A DNA stretch of 64,000 nucleotides from Chamaesiphon sp. GTDB lineage: Bacteria; Cyanobacteriota; Cyanobacteriia; Cyanobacteriales; Chamaesiphonaceae. Both the position numbers and the translations under genes were made by a program. Where the stretch lies: assembly GCA_965246715.1 (NCBI GenBank), contig CBDFFH010000041.1, positions 32,001 through 96,000 of the forward strand. The letters run 5' to 3'. Shown here one piece after another: positions 62,672 through 64,000 of the stretch. The notes beneath the pieces are model-generated. The model did no database searches. It saw only the letters and a program-made list of their open reading frames with translations, and had not been told where the DNA came from. Position 1 is the first letter of the stretch; each line of letters starts with the position of its first letter.

Positions 62672-62892
62672 AATAACGAAGGGCGATCGATCCGAAGTTA
62701 CAGACATTATAAACAACGACTCTACCAAGTTGTCTATAATTGAGTCTCGCTGAAGGTATCAATTTCAATCGAAAAACTAGATCTAATGTACGCCAAATGA
62801 CTAAAACTCATTAATTAAGCGTCAGCGGAAATTAAAGTGTAGGTAATGGGTTAAATGACGATCGATCGCTAACAAATCAGGAGGTAAATAAC

Positions 62893-64000
62893 TTGACTAG
62901 AGTTGGAATTGGGATTCGCACGGCAACCAAACGGACAGAACGTGCTAAAGGACAAATTCACGTCTATGATGGGGCGGGTAAAGGTAAATCCCAAGCTGCT
63001 TTGGGTGTGGTATTACGCACGATCGGGTTGGGTATCGAGTCGGGTGCAGATACTCGGATCTTGTTACTCCAGTTTTTGAAAGGAGCCGATCGGGAGTACG
63101 ATGAGGATGCCGCGATCGCCGCGCTCAGAAGAAGTTTTCCCCATTTAATCGATCGAGTCCGAACGGGTAGGTCGGAATATTTCGGTAGAGATGAAGTCAT
63201 CGAATTCGATCGAGCCGAAGCCAATCGGGCTTGGACGATTGCTAAAGGCGCGATTTTCTCGGATTTATATTCGGTCATCGTGCTCGATGAAATGAATCCT
63301 GCGTTGGACTTAGGCTTGCTCGATGTCGCTGAAGTCGTAAACATCCTACAAGCCAAACCCATTCACCTCGAAGTGATCGTGACTGGGAGAGACACCCCCA
63401 CAGCTTTACTGGAGATTGCCGATTTACATTCAGAGATGAAGGCACATCATCACCCCGAAGCCGCAGCGCAAGGGATTAGGGGCATCGAAATTTATACAGG
63501 TGCAGGTAAAGGTAAATCTACTAGCGCACTCGGCAAAGCCTTACAAGCGATCGGGAAAGGCATCGGCGAAGACCGATCCCATCGAGTATTAATTATGCAA
63601 TGGCTCAAAGGTGGTACTGGCTATACAGAAGATGCCGCGATCGATGCTCTGAAAAAAAGTTATCCACAATTAGTAGACCATCATCGGTGCGGTGGCGATG
63701 CGATCGTGTGGCGCGGCAAACAGCAGGAGATCGACTTTATTGAGGCCGAAAGAGGCTGGGAAATCGCCAGTAGTGCGATTGCCTCTGGACTCTATAAGAC
63801 CATTATTCTCGACGAGTTAAACCCTACGGTCGATTTAGATCTGCTCCCCCAAGATCCGATCGTCCAATGCCTGCTCGATAAACCTGAAGATACTCAAGTA
63901 ATTATTACGGGACGCTGTTTTAATACTCCCGCCTACTTCGATCTTGCTAGCGTCCATTCGGAAATGATCTGTCACAAACATTATGCCGATCGGGGTGTAG
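62893..64000 (+). CDS. cobO: Cob(I)alamin adenosyltransferase, tandem-domain cyanobacterial form (runs off window; absent from ORF track)
   Basis: TTG start after GGAGG; own translation gives GQIHVYDGAGKGKSQAALG, QFLKG, LDE, then a second GIEIYTGAGKGKSTSALG, QWLKGG domain. Confidence 0.9.
   Translation, partial: MTRVGIGIRTATKRTERAKGQIHVYDGAGKGKSQAALGVVLRTIGLGIESGADTRILLLQFLKGADREYDEDAAIAALRRSFPHLIDRVRTGRSEYFGRDEVIEFDRAEANRAWTIAKGAIFSDLYSVIVLDEMNPALDLGLLDVAEVVNILQAKPIHLEVIVTGRDTPTALLEIADLHSEMKAHHHPEAAAQGIRGIEIYTGAGKGKSTSALGKALQAIGKGIGEDRSHRVLIMQWLKGGTGYTEDAAIDALKKSYPQLVDHHRCGGDAIVWRGKQQEIDFIEAERGWEIASSAIASGLYKTIILDELNPTVDLDLLPQDPIVQCLLDKPEDTQVIITGRCFNTPAYFDLASVHSEMICHKHYADRGV

Noticed and set aside
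62964..63362. 132-aa minus-strand ORF
   Set aside because: Antisense shadow of the cobO gene on the plus strand

Overview
Cyanobacterial chromosome segment. CGATCG/HIP1-type palindromes are very dense, and heptamer STRR repeats, chlL/chlN, ycf46/ycf35 and tocopherol genes are present; a Chamaesiphon-like organism is inferred. Most of the window is housekeeping: thrB, ubiX, rnr, an NAD operon (pncB-nadD-nrtR-nadE) with a visible NrtR operator, uvrB, holB, chlLN, hpt/vte1, the ycf46 operon, avtA and cobO. Accessory material includes: (i) a five-gene divergent module with Hsp70, a GrpE-like protein, an HPD-less J-domain protein, a large TPR protein and a Zn-ribbon-TPR protein; (ii) a dut-thyA-folA-dCMP deaminase thymidylate cluster with unusual enzyme insertions; (iii) three orphan polymorphic-toxin-type immunity genes in or beside nucleotide-metabolism operons; (iv) a probable ~12 kb inversion that split an ABC transporter gene and an LRV-repeat gene, with an ISL3-like MITE at one breakpoint; (v) a truncated IS110 (IS621-like) element whose bridge-RNA-like leader has target guides matching the REP it sits in; (vi) a 1383-aa secreted LTD/Calx-beta/SdiA-regulated/RTX protein behind a Pho-box-like promoter; (vii) IS982-like MITEs with 6-bp target duplications, REP/SDR elements, and several pseudogenes. 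All product calls come from motif recognition by eye; no database searches were run.
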